Below, in pieces: positions 13,295-14,362 of a stretch of DNA of 14,362 nucleotides. The DNA is taken from the NCBI GenBank assembly GCA_030596105.1, contig JAUVKU010000019.1, positions 1 through 14,362 of the forward strand, written 5' to 3'. Made by a program: the position numbers and the translations under genes. Source of the DNA: a bacterium (GTDB lineage: Bacteria > Patescibacteriota > Minisyncoccia > Minisyncoccales > DAOVPY01). Each line of letters opens with the position of its first letter. Position 1 is the first letter of the stretch. The notes beneath the pieces are model-generated. The model had not been told where the DNA came from. It saw only the letters and a list, made by a program, of their open reading frames with translations, and did no database searches.

Positions 13295-14014
13295 ATGACA
13301 ATAGAAATTGAAGTAAAAAAAGACACAAACCAGGATGCGCCCAGTACGCCAAGTACTGATTCTGCAAATCCAATTATCCAAAAACTAAAAGATGAATGGC
13401 TTAAAATGGTTCACACCCTAATTATCGCGATATTTTTCAGCTTTTTCATTAAAGAAATGATTGAGCTTGGTGCGCCAACTAATGAAATTAAAAATATCGC
13501 CTACCTTGCGCTCGCCACTGTTTTACTTATGTTAGGAAAACTTGGAAGAGCCAATTGGGGAAGGTATATACCTTGGATGGCAATACCGATAATAATCGTA
13601 ATCGCATTAGGCTGGATTTTTTACTTAGAAAACAAACGACCTGGAACCGAAAATACAAATCCTATTCAAATTCTTTATAACAGGACAATAGGAGACGGTT
13701 CCCGAGCCAATAACAATACAGCCAACAAAGAAAAAGAATGTACTGACTGTGAACTACTTAATTCCGGCCAATACAAAGTCGTGGTGGTGGAAGCTGGAGA
13801 AAAACCTGAAAATTACCTGCGCCTACCAAAAGCTGGACATCCTTTTCATGTTGGTTATAATAATGAACAAACTCACTTCTATCTTAAAACAAGAAGTGGG
13901 AAAATTATTACATTTGCTCAAATAAAAAGTGGGCATTTCTATATTAACGAACGGGATTTCATGGTTGTACCAACCAAAAACAAAAAACTTAAAGTAGGTA
14001 TTGAAGTAACCTAA
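13295..14014 (+). CDS. Membrane protein with 3 predicted TM helices and a ~125-aa C-terminal beta-rich soluble domain. Possible NfeD-like partner of the SPFH protein.
   Basis: 239-aa ORF. Hydrophobic segments: LIIAIFFSFFI, IAYLALATVLLML and IPWMAIPIIIVIALGWIF. The ATG overlaps the TAA of the upstream open frame (TAATG). SD GAAGGAGGTG. The SPFH-adjacent genomic position is typical of NfeD. Confidence 0.6.
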   Translation: MTIEIEVKKDTNQDAPSTPSTDSANPIIQKLKDEWLKMVHTLIIAIFFSFFIKEMIELGAPTNEIKNIAYLALATVLLMLGKLGRANWGRYIPWMAIPIIIVIALGWIFYLENKRPGTENTNPIQILYNRTIGDGSRANNNTANKEKECTDCELLNSGQYKVVVVEAGEKPENYLRLPKAGHPFHVGYNNEQTHFYLKTRSGKIITFAQIKSGHFYINERDFMVVPTKNKKLKVGIEVT

Positions 14015-14044
14015 AAAGAAACTTCAAGATATGATCTTTAAAAA

Positions 14045-14078
14045 AGGACCATTTGCAAATATGCTATGGTCCTTTTTC
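14045..14078 (+). terminator. Rho-independent terminator: AGGACCAT-N13-ATGGTCCT followed by TTTTT, then a TTGGCTTTA tail.
   Basis: 8-bp perfect stem (14045-14052 and 14066-14073) followed by a T-run at 14074-14078. Confidence 0.7.
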
Positions 14079-14234
14079 CTTTGGCTTTAATATGTTAATA
14101 TAAAACAAATTTATGCTAATATTAAACAACTATACCTTGACAAACACTAAATTACAGTATATAATAGCAATACAAAATAAAATAAGCCAATATAACCCAT
14201 ATAACAAAAACAAACAAAAACAAGGAGGTGTACC

Positions 14235-14362
14235 ATGAAAAATGGTAAAATAGTTATTTATGCAGTATTGGTTTTGTTCATTTCATCAATAAATTGTTTT
14301 TCTTCGGACCTAATCAAAGAGGCAAATCGTTATCTATCGGAAAACAACCCTGTAATGACAGT
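14235..14362 (+). CDS. 5' end of a secreted or membrane protein with a signal-peptide-like N-terminus. Partial; runs off the window.
   Basis: SD GGAGGTG lies 4 nt before ATG 14235. The N-terminus MKNGKIVIYAVLVLFISSINCFSS is a typical signal or lipoprotein-like leader. Confidence 0.5.
   Translation, partial: MKNGKIVIYAVLVLFISSINCFSSDLIKEANRYLSENNPVMT

Noticed and set aside
13124-13381. Minus ORF of 85 aa spanning the SPFH/partner junction.
   Set aside because: It is the antisense of the GC-rich Ala-rich stretch. The plus-strand frame has translational-coupling signals (TAATG, SD), so the plus strand is the coding one.
1-14362. Searched for CRISPR arrays, IS elements or transposases, integrase/att sites, and rRNA or tRNA genes.
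   Set aside because: No regularly spaced direct repeats and no transposase- or integrase-like ORF. No terminal inverted repeats apart from the small hairpin family. No rRNA- or tRNA-like conserved segments.

Overview
This is an AT-rich window (roughly 25% GC in the accessory genes and 40-45% in the central genes) from a bacterium with canonical sigma70-like promoters and Shine-Dalgarno sites, probably a reduced-genome or CPR-like organism. All annotation is by eye from the supplied translations; no searches were run.

Left third, an accessory/defence-like island:
- Two paralogous AAA+ ATPases of the DUF4143/COG1373 type with C-terminal PD-(D/E)xK-like motifs sit on opposite strands (66-1316 + and 2458-3615 -). 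They flank a BrnT/BrnA type II toxin-antitoxin pair whose promoter carries a perfect operator palindrome.
- A strongly SD-led 39-aa hydrophobic peptide gene lies between the first ATPase and BrnT on the minus strand, and is not in the ORF track.
- A GC-stem hairpin repeat, GCTGACC-N7-10-GGTCAGC-TATTTTGTTTTGGCTTTATTTAA, occurs four times at gene 3' ends. In three copies its tail supplies the stop codon of a minus-strand gene.
- A Nudix / APH-family kinase / Nudix trio follows.

Centre, the most interesting part:
- Two convergent operons each begin with a near-identical ~95-nt promoter and leader. Both have a TTTACA-17-TGCTATAGT promoter, a conserved leader and an AAGGAGG ribosome-binding site.
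- The plus-strand operon encodes a truncated AlaRS catalytic-domain paralog with a Cys/His N-terminal extension, then an S51 (PepE/cyanophycinase-type) peptidase.
- The minus-strand operon encodes a full-length SerRS, then an archaeal-type SAM synthetase.
- Together these suggest a co-regulated four-gene module of unknown function.

Right third:
- A ~740-bp intergenic region holds a promoter and a ~300-nt structured leader or ncRNA.
- This is followed by an SPFH/band-7 protein with an unusual 190-aa N-terminal coiled-coil domain. Its annotated stop is followed by a 56-codon stop-free, GC-rich stretch in another frame that ends in TAATG, overlapping the start of the next gene.
- An A6 homopolymer marks the probable frameshift or indel site.
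- The downstream gene is a 3-TM membrane protein.

No tRNA, rRNA, CRISPR array or transposase is evident.
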